Shown piece by piece: positions 49,682 through 60,858 of a DNA stretch of 64,000 bases. A program made the translations under genes and the position numbers. Each line of letters begins with the position of its first letter. Within the stretch, counting starts at the first letter, position 1. The notes beneath the pieces are model-generated. The model was not told the origin of the DNA. It did no database searches and saw only the letters and a program-made list of their open reading frames with translations. Where the stretch lies: NCBI GenBank assembly GCA_965263355.1, contig CBDHHL010000056.1, positions 320,001-384,000 of the forward strand, given 5' to 3'. Source of the stretch: Leptolyngbyaceae cyanobacterium (GTDB lineage Bacteria; Cyanobacteriota; Cyanobacteriia; Phormidesmidales; Phormidesmidaceae).

Positions 49682-49862
49682 AGTTTAATAAGTTTTATTT
49701 TCTGTATCAGGGTATACGGTCTAAAGATATCATCATTCTGATCGACTGTCAGCCTCTTACTAGATGAATTCGCAACCTGAAAGCACTTTGGTAAATTGTG
49801 TGAACATCTTGACCTGCAAAAACATCTTAATGTGAGCTACTGGCTATCCACTATTAGCTAAT

Positions 49863-52610
49863 CTATTGTTCATGATTTTTATTTAGAGAAGCAAAGTGCT
49901 CCATCAACAATCGATGAACAAACATATATCCTCCACCAACCTTTTGTAGAAAAATACTAGTGACTGCATAGTCCAGAAATTTGCTGTAGTTCCAGGGAAT
50001 CATTCCATTCAGGGTAAGTATTACCCTTAAGAGGACATGTTTAATTAGAGCCTCGCCCCCCCCTGCAGCGAACCCAAAGGCCAGCCCTGTTGCTGCCCAG
50101 AATGAGGCTTTGGTATTGCCGAGAAGAACCCCAGGAACATAAAGGGTCACCATAGATACTAGGGCAAATAGGGTAGAATTGCGGGCCGACTGCCAAATTC
50201 CGGCATTTGGGCGACTAGTATTACCCACTCGTTTACCACTGAGACCGCGAATTAAACCAAAGGTCAACCCAAGCGTCGCACCAAAGGAGAGTCCAATGAG
50301 ACTATGATTGGCGAGACAACTACCATTGCTTAGGCAATTCCTATCGCCAAACATAAGCCCAAACCCGACCTTTAAACACCAGCCGACAAGTGGGCCTAGG
50401 GTAAGGCCTAACAGTAGATTATTGCGGGCCTGTCGCCACGACCAGCGTAGTGTTTCAGCTGGCGTAATTTGACTAACACCAAAAATACGACTACAAATCA
50501 AGCCACCCAATACGACAGCTAAGATTAGCCTATCAGGGGCAAGTACCTGAGCGCCAAGGAGAGTTGCGATCGCAAAGAAAACACACCATAACCCAGCTAC
50601 ATAGAGTCGTCTTGGGCCTGTTTCCAACCAGTCCGGCTGCATCCGCTCAATTAAAAAAACAGTCTGGGAGGTGGTTACCAATTGCTGTGCCAGGGATGTT
50701 AGCCAGCCCTTGAGTTGCATCCCACTGTAAGGAGTACTATGGACACGACGCTCCAACATCCGTTGGATATAAGCATCAAACAGCTGGTGTTGATAATCAA
50801 AATGGTCTTTAGCTCGCCCCAACTGCAAGATCTCGTCAGAAGAAACGCCCTGGTAGGTCAACACCATAATATTTAAAATTAGTGGTGAACGAGCCAGGGA
50901 CCGGAGAGACGTGGTCGAATCTTGGATCGCAGCATCTCGCTCTAAAAGAGACTTTAAGCCCGTCAGCCCCTGTTCAGGTCGATTCAAATAGGTCAAAATT
51001 TGGGCGTCGGTAAGGGGACGTAAATATAAAGCGGCCTGAAACCGAAGCTTTTTGGGCAGTACTTCATAGTCACGCCTGCGACAACAAACTACCATTTCAG
51101 GACCATAGTCTTGATGAAACTGATTCAGGGCAGCCACACAAGCTACCCGACGGTCTAGAGCCACTTCGTCCAGGCCATCCAGCAACAGCAACAGTTGTTG
51201 TTCATCCACCCAACGACGACCAATGGTCGTAGGCACCTGATATTTGCTATTGAGTTCTTTTACTAACCACTGTTCTATTGGTCCTTTTAACCATGACGAG
51301 AGATTAAAAATTACTGGCAACCGTTGGTGGTTAATCGCCGGAGCCAATCCTTGAGCCTCCGCTCGCTCTAATAATTGACGAGCCAAACTGAGTAAGGTAA
51401 TCGTTTTGCCCGCCCCTGGCTCACCCAAGATCAATAGGGTGCATCCTTCACCAATCGCGTCAAAGACATGGCTGACCTGAGCACCATTTGGGAGGGGCTG
51501 AGGCGACTGACCAGGGGTGGCATAGGTAATTTGCCAAGGGGGCGCGATCTCATCGGGGCGTTCTTCTAACCCCAGGGTTAGCAATACCTGACCATGGAGG
51601 GAACGCTCAAGTACCCCCTCAATCCAAAAGCGACGCACCTTGTTGAGCAGCGCCTGACGATTACGATAGGTTTGCTGAGAATAAGGGGCAGGGGAAGAGG
51701 GGGAGAGTGGGGAAGGGGGAAGAACCGTAGGTTGGGTTGATCCTGGTAAACCCAACTCCTTCAGCTCCGGCCAAGGCACCGTCGGCAACACCGTCGACCC
51801 AAAAACCTCCGTCGATTCATCCATGCCACCAAATAATTGCCGAAATACCTGAAACGCCTCACCCGCAGTGCCATAGCGCTCTCGGTGGTCCAAATGCACA
51901 AGCCGATCAATAAACCCCGCCAGCTTCTCCGGAACGCTGACCCCTACGCGAGCACAGGTAGCTGGCGTTTCAAAGCTCATCGGGTGACGACCTGACAAAG
52001 CCTGGAGCATCACCATGCCCAAACTATACAAATCACTGCCAAAACAAGGACGAGCAACCTGCTGTTCAGGGGCCATATAGCCCAAGGAACCAATGGCCAC
52101 AGTTAGATCCTGACTGGGCGAGGCCTGCAGAGCTTTTACCGCACCAAAATCGATTAATACTAACTGGCCCGATCCCTGCCGCCGCAAAATATTGCTAGGT
52201 TTAATATCCCGATGGATCACATTTTGGTTATGGACAGCAGTCAATACCGTCAGTAGATCCTGTAAACCCTCGATCACTAGCTCTACAGCCATAGGGCCAG
52301 CTGCAAATTCATCGGCCAGGGACCGCCCCGGAATATATTCCTGCACCAAATACAGCTCACCATTTGCTTCGATATGGGCCAGTAGTCTTGGTATTTGCGG
52401 ATGTTCCCCCAACCGATATAGGGTTTTAGCCTCTAAGTTAAAGAGTCGTTTAGCCGCATCAAAGGCATCCGTATGGATCGGATTGAGCTGCTTGACCACA
52501 CAAAGAGGACTGCCCGGTAATTGAGCATCATGGGCCAAGAAGACTTTACCAAAGCCACCTTGCCCTATTAGTTTTGCAATATGATAGCGATGCGCTAGGC
52601 ACTGCACCAT
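49863..52610 (-). CDS. Ser/Thr kinase - NACHT NTPase - multi-TM protein
   Basis: GQGGFG, VVKQL, HRDIKPSN, DFG, APE; GEPGAGKT, LLLDGLDEV, PLILNIM; Gly-rich TMs; FLQKVGGGYMFVHRLLMEHFA. Confidence 0.92.
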   Translation of the reverse strand: MVQCLAHRYHIAKLIGQGGFGKVFLAHDAQLPGSPLCVVKQLNPIHTDAFDAAKRLFNLEAKTLYRLGEHPQIPRLLAHIEANGELYLVQEYIPGRSLADEFAAGPMAVELVIEGLQDLLTVLTAVHNQNVIHRDIKPSNILRRQGSGQLVLIDFGAVKALQASPSQDLTVAIGSLGYMAPEQQVARPCFGSDLYSLGMVMLQALSGRHPMSFETPATCARVGVSVPEKLAGFIDRLVHLDHRERYGTAGEAFQVFRQLFGGMDESTEVFGSTVLPTVPWPELKELGLPGSTQPTVLPPSPLSPSSPAPYSQQTYRNRQALLNKVRRFWIEGVLERSLHGQVLLTLGLEERPDEIAPPWQITYATPGQSPQPLPNGAQVSHVFDAIGEGCTLLILGEPGAGKTITLLSLARQLLERAEAQGLAPAINHQRLPVIFNLSSWLKGPIEQWLVKELNSKYQVPTTIGRRWVDEQQLLLLLDGLDEVALDRRVACVAALNQFHQDYGPEMVVCCRRRDYEVLPKKLRFQAALYLRPLTDAQILTYLNRPEQGLTGLKSLLERDAAIQDSTTSLRSLARSPLILNIMVLTYQGVSSDEILQLGRAKDHFDYQHQLFDAYIQRMLERRVHSTPYSGMQLKGWLTSLAQQLVTTSQTVFLIERMQPDWLETGPRRLYVAGLWCVFFAIATLLGAQVLAPDRLILAVVLGGLICSRIFGVSQITPAETLRWSWRQARNNLLLGLTLGPLVGWCLKVGFGLMFGDRNCLSNGSCLANHSLIGLSFGATLGLTFGLIRGLSGKRVGNTSRPNAGIWQSARNSTLFALVSMVTLYVPGVLLGNTKASFWAATGLAFGFAAGGGEALIKHVLLRVILTLNGMIPWNYSKFLDYAVTSIFLQKVGGGYMFVHRLLMEHFASLNKNHEQ

Positions 52611-52654
52611 GACAATACTCGAGTTGCTGCCCCGCTGGTTGCTAACCTTCTTAT

Positions 52655-53599
52655 CTATACCCCACGTAGGGACTCATAATGCAACTGGAACCAAGCATAG
52701 GTTTTAGCAATACCCTCTTTAAGGGAGGTTTTGGCTTGCCAACCAAGTTCGGTTAACTTGGAGGGATCCATCAGCTTACGGGGGGTCCCGTCGGGCTTAC
52801 TACTATCAAAGACAATTTCACCGTCATAACCAACCACCGCTTTAATGGTTAGGGCCAGTTCCTTGATAGAGACCTCTTTGCTGCTGCCGATGTTGACAAA
52901 CTCTACGCCCTTATAGTTATCCATCAGAAATAGCAAGCCATCGGCCAGGTCATCCACGTAGAGAAACTCTCGCAAAGGACTACCGCTACCCCACACGTCT
53001 ACCGTCAGTTGATTAGCTAGCTTTGCCTCGTGAAACTTGCGCATCAGAGCAGGCAGCACGTGAGAATTGGCCAAGTCAAAATTATCGTTTATGCCATATA
53101 GATTAGTCGGCATGGCAGAGATAAAGTTGACACCATACTGGCGACAATAGTTTTCGCATAGCTTGAGACCGGCAATTTTTGCGATCGCATAAGGCTCATT
53201 GGTGGGTTCTAGGGCACCGGTCAGCAAATGCTCTTCTCGCATAGGTTGCGGAGCCAGCTTAGGATAAATACAGGATGACCCCAGAAACAATAGCTTTTTA
53301 ACACCCACCCTATAGGCACTGTGGATGACATTAGCCTCAATCATCAGGTTGTCATAGATAAAAGAAGCACGATAGGTATTATTAGCATGAATACCACCGA
53401 CTTTGGCTGCAGCCAGGAAAACATAGTCAGGTTTAGTCGCTTCAAAAAAAGCTTCAACATCAGCCTGACGGCAAAGATCAAGTTCCTTGCTACTTTTAAG
53501 CATTAAATTTGTATAGCCCCGGTCTTTAAGGGCCCGAACAATCGCACTGCCAACAAGGCCATTATGGCCAGCGACATAGATCTTGGCATTAGTTTCCAT
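52655..53599 (-). CDS. fcl: GDP-L-fucose synthase
   Basis: [60 protein letters not shown]. Confidence 0.96.
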   Translation of the reverse strand: METNAKIYVAGHNGLVGSAIVRALKDRGYTNLMLKSSKELDLCRQADVEAFFEATKPDYVFLAAAKVGGIHANNTYRASFIYDNLMIEANVIHSAYRVGVKKLLFLGSSCIYPKLAPQPMREEHLLTGALEPTNEPYAIAKIAGLKLCENYCRQYGVNFISAMPTNLYGINDNFDLANSHVLPALMRKFHEAKLANQLTVDVWGSGSPLREFLYVDDLADGLLFLMDNYKGVEFVNIGSSKEVSIKELALTIKAVVGYDGEIVFDSSKPDGTPRKLMDPSKLTELGWQAKTSLKEGIAKTYAWFQLHYESLRGV

Positions 53600-53914
53600 A
53601 ATGGTAATACGTACAAAAAATAAATATGATTACCTATAATCTTAAGTCTACCCTCAGCTAACGAAACCGCTTTCTCTCAAACTAAGAAAAAGCATCCAAC
53701 TAGCTTTATTCAAGCTTCACTCTCAAAGAGGAACTTCAGAACACTTTTTGAGAAAGACTAAATCCCTACCTAACTAGACTCAACCTCTAGAAGCAGTCAT
53801 TTTTATACCCTAGCCTTCATTTTTGATTACTGAGAGGCCCAGGTAGAAATAATACTTTCACCTACCTATACCAAATCCTAATGCCCTGAACTCGATTCAA
53901 AATAGATAATCTCG

Positions 53915-54027
53915 TAGACGCTACACCTTGTGCATTAGCTTGAGCAGTTCGGCTGAACTCACCATCGAAGCCCTACACCGAAGGCCAGTCTCAGGATACC
54001 GTGGGTTAGCAGACAGGGGTCCGTATT
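53915..54027 (-). ncRNA. probable wcaG-motif-like structured RNA upstream of fcl
   Basis: Minus strand CGGACCCCTGTCTGCTAACCCACGGTATCCTGAGAC...GCTAATGCACAAGGTGTAGCGTC; GC-rich island in an AT-rich spacer; resemblance to the wcaG RNA is from memory; position upstream of a wcaG/fcl gene fits. Confidence 0.55.
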
Positions 54028-54043
54028 AGGTAATAATTGCTGC

Positions 54044-54089
54044 AACTAACGGAAATTAGCTACAACAACTTGGCTAATTTCCATTAGTT
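54044..54089. other. long hairpin upstream of the putative RNA
   Basis: AACTAACGGAAATTAGC...GCTAATTTCCATTAGTT. Confidence 0.55.
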
Positions 54090-54145
54090 CTGTTGTCATC
54101 CAAAAATTAATTGCTTTGCGATACCTGCTCGTAGCAGAACAACAT

Positions 54146-54195
54146 TGAAAAAGCCCGCTTAATCTCGTAAATTCACAAGATCAAGTGGGCTTTCA
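54146..54195 (-). terminator. intrinsic terminator of metK-ahcY
   Basis: Minus strand AAAGCCCACTTGATCTTGT-loop-ACGAGATTAAGCGGGCTTTTT. Confidence 0.7.
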
Positions 54196-54297
54196 CCAGT
54201 TAACAACTGCTCAATAGGGAAGGTGTTCAACCCTCGTCCGAGATAAAACCACTCGCATTTTTCAAAAAAACACTAAAGTTTTAAATTCAGACAAGAT

Positions 54298-55683
54298 TTA
54301 GTACTTGTAACTATCTGTCTTAAAGGGACCTTCCACAGCTACGTTGATATAATCAGCCTGAGTTGGCGTAAGCTGAGTCATAATGCCACCAAAGCCTTCA
54401 ACCATATAGCGGGCAACTTCTTCATCAAGCTTCTTAGGCAAAACCTCTACAGTAATGGAATTAGCCTTTTCCACATCTGACAAGTCAGCGAACTTACGTT
54501 CAAACAGGAACATTTGAGCTAAAACCTGGTTAGCAAAGGAACCATCCATAATTCGAGAAGGGTGACCTGTTGCATTACCTAGGTTTACCAAGCGACCTTC
54601 AGCCAACAAGATTAAGAAGTCTTGAGGATCATCGCTACGATAAACCTTATGTACCTGGGGCTTAACTTCTTCCCATTGCCAAGTCTTACGCATGTAGGCA
54701 GTATCAATCTCATTGTCAAAGTGACCAATATTGCAAACTACCGCACCGGGCTTTAAGGCCGCCAACATACTGGCATCACATACATTGAAGTTACCAGTGG
54801 CAGTTACCAACAAATCAGTCGTTGCCAATAGCTCCTTATTGAGACTAGCAACGGTACCATCATTAACACCGTTGATATAGGGTGAAACTACCTCAAAACC
54901 ATCCATACAAGCCTGCATGGCACAGATGGGGTCAACCTCACTGACCTTAACGATCATGCCCTCCTGACGAAGAGATGCGACCGAGCCTTTACCCACATCA
55001 CCATAGCCAATCACTAGAGCCTTTTTGCCCGCCATCAGGTGGTCAGTACCCCGTTTGATCGCGTCATTTAGACTGTGGCGGCAACCATACTTATTATCAT
55101 TTTTGGCCTTAGTTACCGAGTCATTAACATTAACAGCTGGAATTTTGAGTTCGCCCTTCTCCAACATTTCATACAAGCGATGAACACCTGTAGTTGTTTC
55201 TTCAGTAACACCATGAATACTGGTAAGCATTTCGGGATAGGTCTCATGGATGTAACCAGTAAGGTCACCGCCATCATCCAAAATCATATTGGCATCCCAC
55301 AGTTTGCCTTCAGGCGTACGGCAAGTTTGCTCAATGCACCACATGTATTCATCTTCAGTTTCACCTTTCCAGGCAAAAACAGGAACGCCAGCTTCAGCGA
55401 TGGCAGCAGCAGCATGATCCTGGGTAGAAAAAATATTACAAGATGACCAACGCACCTCAGCCCCCAATTCAATCAAGGTTTCAATGAGGACAGCGGTTTG
55501 AATCGTCATATGGATACAGCCAATGATCTTGGCACCTGCCAGGGGCTTACTATTGCTATATTTCTTGCGAATAGTCATCAGAGCTGGCATTTCGCCCTCA
55601 GCAATAGCAATTTCTTTACGGCCCCAAGTGGCCAAATTAATATCAGCTACCTTGTAGTCTCTGGTAAGTGTTTGTGCGCTCAT
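54298..55683 (-). CDS. ahcY: adenosylhomocysteinase
   Basis: [82 protein letters not shown] favours start 55683. Confidence 0.97.
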   Translation of the reverse strand: MSAQTLTRDYKVADINLATWGRKEIAIAEGEMPALMTIRKKYSNSKPLAGAKIIGCIHMTIQTAVLIETLIELGAEVRWSSCNIFSTQDHAAAAIAEAGVPVFAWKGETEDEYMWCIEQTCRTPEGKLWDANMILDDGGDLTGYIHETYPEMLTSIHGVTEETTTGVHRLYEMLEKGELKIPAVNVNDSVTKAKNDNKYGCRHSLNDAIKRGTDHLMAGKKALVIGYGDVGKGSVASLRQEGMIVKVSEVDPICAMQACMDGFEVVSPYINGVNDGTVASLNKELLATTDLLVTATGNFNVCDASMLAALKPGAVVCNIGHFDNEIDTAYMRKTWQWEEVKPQVHKVYRSDDPQDFLILLAEGRLVNLGNATGHPSRIMDGSFANQVLAQMFLFERKFADLSDVEKANSITVEVLPKKLDEEVARYMVEGFGGIMTQLTPTQADYINVAVEGPFKTDSYKY

Positions 55684-55832
55684 GGGCTCCTTACTTATTG
55701 GTGACAAATTGATTAAACAACCTATTCATTATGACGTTAGACGACTTTCTCTGCATTCGCCTTCCCCAATAACCGGTCAAGTTATCAAGGAAGGAAATAC
55801 AGAGTATCGATAAATTCTTTGTCACTATGTCT

Positions 55833-56987
55833 TTAAAGCGCTGCTTTTAAGGCATCGGCTTTGTCTGTTTTTTCCCAAGAAAAATCAGGTAGTTCTCGAC
55901 CAAAGTGACCATAGGCAGCTGTTGGTCCATAGATAGGACGACGTAAATCAAGCATATCGATCAAACCTTGGGGGCGTAAATCAAAATGTTCACGCACAAG
56001 CAGAGCAATCTTATCGTCTTCCAGCTTGCCAGTACCAAAAGTGTTGATCGAGATGGATGTGGGCTCAGCCACACCGATAGCATAGGAAACTTGAATTTCA
56101 CAAAGGTCCGCTAAACCAGCAGCCACAATATTTTTGGCAACATAGCGCCCTGCATAGGCAGCCGATCGATCCACCTTAGACGGATCTTTCCCAGAAAATG
56201 CACCACCACCATGACGGGCCATACCACCATAGGTATCTACAATGATTTTACGACCGGTCAAACCACAGTCACCCACAGGGCCACCAATAATAAACTGTCC
56301 AGTGGGGTTGATATGGTATTGGGTTTCCGCATGTAGCCATTGGTTAGGCAGCACGGGTTTGATAATTTCTTCCATGACCGCTTCACGGATGTCGCCCAGG
56401 ACAATATCTGGATCATGCTGCGTAGAAAGGACAACGGCGTCAATGGCAATGGGCTTACCATTTTCGTAGCGCAGGGTAACCTGGCTCTTAGCATCTGGAC
56501 GTAACCAAGGAAGCACCCTATTTTTACGCAAGTAGGCCTGGCGCTCTACTAGTCGATGGGAGTAGTAAATCGGAGCAGGCATTAGTACATCAGTTTCGTT
56601 AGTGGCATAACCAAACATCAGACCTTGGTCACCTGCACCCAAATCTTTATTTTCGCCTTCATCCACACCCATGGCGATATCAGCTGATTGCTTGCCAATA
56701 GCATTGACAACGGCACAGGAAGCACCATCAAACCCAACATCTGAACTGTTGTAGCCAATGTCTAGGATGACGTCTCGCACAATGTCTTCAAGGTCAACAT
56801 AGGTGCTAGTGCGAACTTCCCCTGCAACGATAGCCATTCCAGTTTTGACCATGGTTTCCACGGCTACACGAGAATGGATATCGTCTTTTAAGAGGGAATC
56901 GAGAATAGCATCAGAAATCTGATCAGCCATTTTATCAGGATGGCCCTCTGATACGGATTCTGAAGTAAAGGTGCTGTATAAACTCAT
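55833..56987 (-). CDS. metK: S-adenosylmethionine synthetase
   Basis: [57 protein letters not shown]. Confidence 0.98.
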   Translation of the reverse strand: MSLYSTFTSESVSEGHPDKMADQISDAILDSLLKDDIHSRVAVETMVKTGMAIVAGEVRTSTYVDLEDIVRDVILDIGYNSSDVGFDGASCAVVNAIGKQSADIAMGVDEGENKDLGAGDQGLMFGYATNETDVLMPAPIYYSHRLVERQAYLRKNRVLPWLRPDAKSQVTLRYENGKPIAIDAVVLSTQHDPDIVLGDIREAVMEEIIKPVLPNQWLHAETQYHINPTGQFIIGGPVGDCGLTGRKIIVDTYGGMARHGGGAFSGKDPSKVDRSAAYAGRYVAKNIVAAGLADLCEIQVSYAIGVAEPTSISINTFGTGKLEDDKIALLVREHFDLRPQGLIDMLDLRRPIYGPTAAYGHFGRELPDFSWEKTDKADALKAAL

Positions 56988-57140
56988 GGCAAGTAGGAAT
57001 TACAGATGACAGAACCGCCTGGACAAGCGATTAAGATAACGGCTAACCTATATTAGTTGATATAGCTGCGATCATGAACGCATCGTAAGTTCTGATAGCA
57101 GTCGTCTAAGCAATACCGGGAGAGGATACTGATAGCTCGT

Positions 57141-57731
57141 TTAAAAAGATTTAACTGGAGGGGTCGGATCCAAGCTCGATCCAGTACGACCAGTTAACAA
57201 CCACAACCAGCTACGCACGACGTCTCGCCAGATTTTATGGAGTGGCTCCGACGATTGCTTAGAAAATACTGGAACTGGTGTGTAGGCAATACCATGACTT
57301 CCTAAAACCCAAAACGCAATGGCCTTTGAGCGTCGCATATGAAAATCGGATGTAACTAGATATACATGTTGAATACCCTGTGTTTTGAGCACAGTAACTA
57401 ACGTTGTGAAGTTAGTCACTGTGTCAGTAGCCTTGTAGTCGAGATTCAGCCGATTTAGAGAGACATCTTCTGCCAAAAAGATTTTGTTAGCCTGTGATGG
57501 TGAAACACCATTAGATATCCAAATCTGAAGGTTGGGCTGCCGTGCAGCAAGTTGTGCAGCTATCGGTTCTCGATCACGACCTCCCCCAAGCACTAGAATT
57601 GCTTGGGGATAAGGAAATCGGTAATTTACTATAGCAAGTCTAGCTTGCACTAATAAAAAAAACGTCGTAACAATGATGGCGACTACAACAAAACTGTAAA
57701 CAACCAATCGCTTTAACAATTTACCCATCAC
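57141..57731 (-). CDS. YdcF/ElyC (DUF218) family protein
   Basis: N-terminal TM, AILVLGGG, ATDTVTNF, LVTSDFHMRR. Confidence 0.88.
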   Translation of the reverse strand: MMGKLLKRLVVYSFVVVAIIVTTFFLLVQARLAIVNYRFPYPQAILVLGGGRDREPIAAQLAARQPNLQIWISNGVSPSQANKIFLAEDVSLNRLNLDYKATDTVTNFTTLVTVLKTQGIQHVYLVTSDFHMRRSKAIAFWVLGSHGIAYTPVPVFSKQSSEPLHKIWRDVVRSWLWLLTGRTGSSLDPTPPVKSF

Positions 57732-57869
57732 TAATTCCTATTGGGCTAATCCCCATTGCTTTGACAGCAATCGTTTATGCGGGTTTCTTCTCTTTATATT
57801 TATTACTAATAAATATCATAAATTTTTAGAATAACAAAAGTCTCCAATGATTCCTTTAGTGACGTTTAG

Positions 57870-58730
57870 CTACCAGTGATAACCAAGATCATTTAATGTT
57901 TTTTCCAAGTAAGGACGAATCTGTTGTAAAGTGTCGGGGCTAATTTCATCTATCCATGAGCGCTGCCGATTTGGATCTACAGTACTCATAAAATACTCAA
58001 TAAATGGCTGGCTATGGGCTAATTCTGAGAATTCTACAACAGCTTTTATGGTAGCCTCGGGGTTGTTGATTAAATGCTCATACTTGAAACGAAAATATTG
58101 AGAAGACGGTAGTTTATCGCCATCTGCAACAGCTTTGCTGGCGGTTGCAGCCCATTGTTTAGCTAAAATTACTGCTTTTGGGTGGCTACCAAGCCAATTT
58201 CGCCATCCTTCGGGGCGTGGTCCCCAAAAGGGTAAAGGCTTACCTAATAATTTACTAACTAAAGTCTCTTGGACTCTTGGCCAATAAGCTGGCCACTCCA
58301 CTATTGGAGTTTCTCGTAACATTTCTCTAAAGCGACTTTTAAGCTTATCAGGCCGATAATAACCGGTCTCTAATATGTCACTAGCTGAACTAAAGACAGA
58401 TCGTCCATCACGAATAATGTGAATGATTTTAGCTTCAGGAAAAACTTGATAAACAAAGGGTAACCTCAAACAATTGCTAGGTGTTTTTTCAAATAGACGG
58501 ACTTTACCTTGTTGTTGAACAAATTGTTGGAAGCGTCGACGGATATGTTGAACAATTTGCGGCGTTGCATCAATGGCCCCCAGCACATCATCGGGGCGAT
58601 AGTTATTGCCCCATGACCATACATAACGGGGCTCCATCCAACAGGCGAGATCTGGATGCTTCGAAAAAACCCGTGTGAGCCAGGACGTACCAGAGCGATG
58701 GGTACCAACCAAGATGATTGGAGGTTGCAT
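57870..58730 (-). CDS. sulfotransferase
   Basis: IILVGTHRSGTS (PAPS loop), EKTP.N, IHIIRDGR, KYEHL. Confidence 0.9.
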   Translation of the reverse strand: MQPPIILVGTHRSGTSWLTRVFSKHPDLACWMEPRYVWSWGNNYRPDDVLGAIDATPQIVQHIRRRFQQFVQQQGKVRLFEKTPSNCLRLPFVYQVFPEAKIIHIIRDGRSVFSSASDILETGYYRPDKLKSRFREMLRETPIVEWPAYWPRVQETLVSKLLGKPLPFWGPRPEGWRNWLGSHPKAVILAKQWAATASKAVADGDKLPSSQYFRFKYEHLINNPEATIKAVVEFSELAHSQPFIEYFMSTVDPNRQRSWIDEISPDTLQQIRPYLEKTLNDLGYHW

Positions 58731-59935
58731 TATGATTCAGTAATAGGCCTACGGTAATTGTAAATTAAGTCTTGAGGTTGCTTTAAGATATCTCCGTAAA
58801 CGTTCTTTAAACGTTTGGCAATACTATTCCAGTCATAATGGTCAAAGATAAATTGCTGAGCTTTTTGCCCCATCATTTGAGCCTGATGTGGTTGTTGTAA
58901 ACACTTTATCAGGGCATTTGCGATCGCATCCCCATCAATGGCTACCTCATAGGCAACATTAGCCTGGGCAGCCTCAGAAAAATTGCACCCTGTGGTAAAC
59001 ACACAGGGTAAAGCCGAAGCCATTCCTTCTAAAATCGACATACTAAAGCCTTCTGAATAGGAAGGCGCAACATAAATCTGAGCAGCAGCTAACGCGGCAA
59101 ACTTAAGTTTGCCGTTCAACATTCCTGTAAAGGTAAATCGATTTCCACAGCCCGCTTGCTCAAAGTATCCCCGAGCCATTGGTAAAAAGTTAATACTGTC
59201 TGGTCCAGCAATGACCAAATGTGTATTGGGATAGACTGTCGCCACTTGAGCATAGGCCTGGGCAAGCAAATCCAACCCTTTTTTAGGATCAATCCGTCCT
59301 AAAAACAAAATCAGCGATTTGCCCTGTAGATGGGGAAAAGCATCGTACAGCAGTTGAGGTGAGGGTAGTTGCTCAAACTGTTGACGATGAATACCATTGG
59401 GTATAAGTACCGGACTCTCTAAACCCAAATCCCGAAGTTGGTCAACTTCTGTCAAGGTAAGGGCATGAATAGCAGCAGCGCTTCTTAACGCGCCCTGTTC
59501 AACTAAACGATAATACCCTTTTTTTTTCCAAGCTTTATAAGCCAATGCCCACGGCTCTAGCATACCATGGGGGGTCATTACATAGGGCAGATTTCGCCAC
59601 TGACAAATACGATGCACTAATGCATTCAACGGTGAAAACAACGTATGACTGTGCAGCAAATCATAGTCACTACTGTGTTGCCATAACCACCCCAGCAGTG
59701 AACGACTAAAAATTAGATCGTTACGGAACCAGCAATCAAAATAGCGTACACGGTAGTTATCCTGATCTACCCATACGTTAAGGGGCACCTCCAAATACCC
59801 AGAGTCATTGGCATTGGTAGTTATTAAATCCACCCATACGTGCTGTTTTCCTAAATCGTCTACTAATTCCCCTACTACCTTGGAGATCCCTCCATACACA
59901 GGAGCAATGTAGGGAGTCATCATTAAAATTTTCAT
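58730..59935 (-). CDS. glycosyltransferase family 4
   Basis: YGGIS, TPHGML, FLGRIDPKKG, PSYSEGFSMSILEGMA. Confidence 0.92.
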   Translation of the reverse strand: MKILMMTPYIAPVYGGISKVVGELVDDLGKQHVWVDLITTNANDSGYLEVPLNVWVDQDNYRVRYFDCWFRNDLIFSRSLLGWLWQHSSDYDLLHSHTLFSPLNALVHRICQWRNLPYVMTPHGMLEPWALAYKAWKKKGYYRLVEQGALRSAAAIHALTLTEVDQLRDLGLESPVLIPNGIHRQQFEQLPSPQLLYDAFPHLQGKSLILFLGRIDPKKGLDLLAQAYAQVATVYPNTHLVIAGPDSINFLPMARGYFEQAGCGNRFTFTGMLNGKLKFAALAAAQIYVAPSYSEGFSMSILEGMASALPCVFTTGCNFSEAAQANVAYEVAIDGDAIANALIKCLQQPHQAQMMGQKAQQFIFDHYDWNSIAKRLKNVYGDILKQPQDLIYNYRRPITES

Positions 59936-60858
59936 GACATCGACATAGAAGTAACATGCTGGGCAAACTGATATTTTTGTTGATAGTGATTAAACGCTTG
60001 GGTCATTACTCCAGGCAATTCCAATGATTTAGTGGCCTGGGTAGTTTGTGGTCGAATAGCTTGAGTCGCTGCCATTAGCCAGGGTTCCAAAATTTCTAGC
60101 TCCAGAAATTCGCACAGTGTAATTAAAATTTTCCTGGGATTGATAATTAACTGTTCATAAACAATTTCTAGAAGATTTTCATCTAAAATACCTCGCCAAC
60201 GTTCAATCTCTTCAAGACTTGTCAACCACTCGTATGCTCCTCGCTGAACCTGCGTTTGCAAATGAGGTATAGACTCAGGCCAATACCCTGTTTGAGCACC
60301 TTCTCGCTGTAATGACTCCCATTTACAGCCAGCAACACCCCACCACTGATTCAGGTCTGGTTTACCAGCGATCTTATAGGGGCTTCCTGTGGCAATTCGC
60401 CCAATGGAGTGGGCAACATTTATACCATCTCGCACAATATGTATAAATTTAGCGTTGGGCATTAGGGCGCGTAGATAACCAATGCGAAATGCATTTAGCG
60501 GTGTCTTTTCTATCAAAATCTGATTTGCAGCAGCTTTAAATAACCTGGGAAACATCAACTTTAGTTGATCTGTTACTAGGGATGAATCCATCATTAGCTG
60601 AGTCTCCCCTTGATGAAACAGATTGAGCACATCAGTACGCGAGTCTAGCGCAGCCCAGAGATGGTAAGGTTCAAATCGATAGCTGACCTGTGGATGGTTC
60701 GCCAAAACCTTGCCGAGAATGGTAGTTCCAGAACGACCACAGCCCACTATAAATGTCATCGACTGCCTATCCTCAAGACATGGTTTTAACATTTGTCTTT
60801 GGGCCCGATAATACAGCCAGTTATATTTGAGCGCTCGCAATGTGGGTTTTATATTCAT
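59932..60858 (-). CDS. sulfotransferase
   Basis: FIVGCGRSGTT, EKTPLN, FIHIVRDG, YEQL; start at 60858 or 60870. Confidence 0.9.
   Translation of the reverse strand: MNIKPTLRALKYNWLYYRAQRQMLKPCLEDRQSMTFIVGCGRSGTTILGKVLANHPQVSYRFEPYHLWAALDSRTDVLNLFHQGETQLMMDSSLVTDQLKLMFPRLFKAAANQILIEKTPLNAFRIGYLRALMPNAKFIHIVRDGINVAHSIGRIATGSPYKIAGKPDLNQWWGVAGCKWESLQREGAQTGYWPESIPHLQTQVQRGAYEWLTSLEEIERWRGILDENLLEIVYEQLIINPRKILITLCEFLELEILEPWLMAATQAIRPQTTQATKSLELPGVMTQAFNHYQQKYQFAQHVTSMSMS

Noticed and set aside
51685..51720. G-rich run with G-quadruplex potential
   Set aside because: Explained as the antisense of a Pro/Ser linker (PPSPLSPSSPAP) between the kinase and NACHT domains
55684..57140. SAH or SAM riboswitch upstream of ahcY/metK
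   Set aside because: No recognisable consensus by eye; would need an Rfam scan
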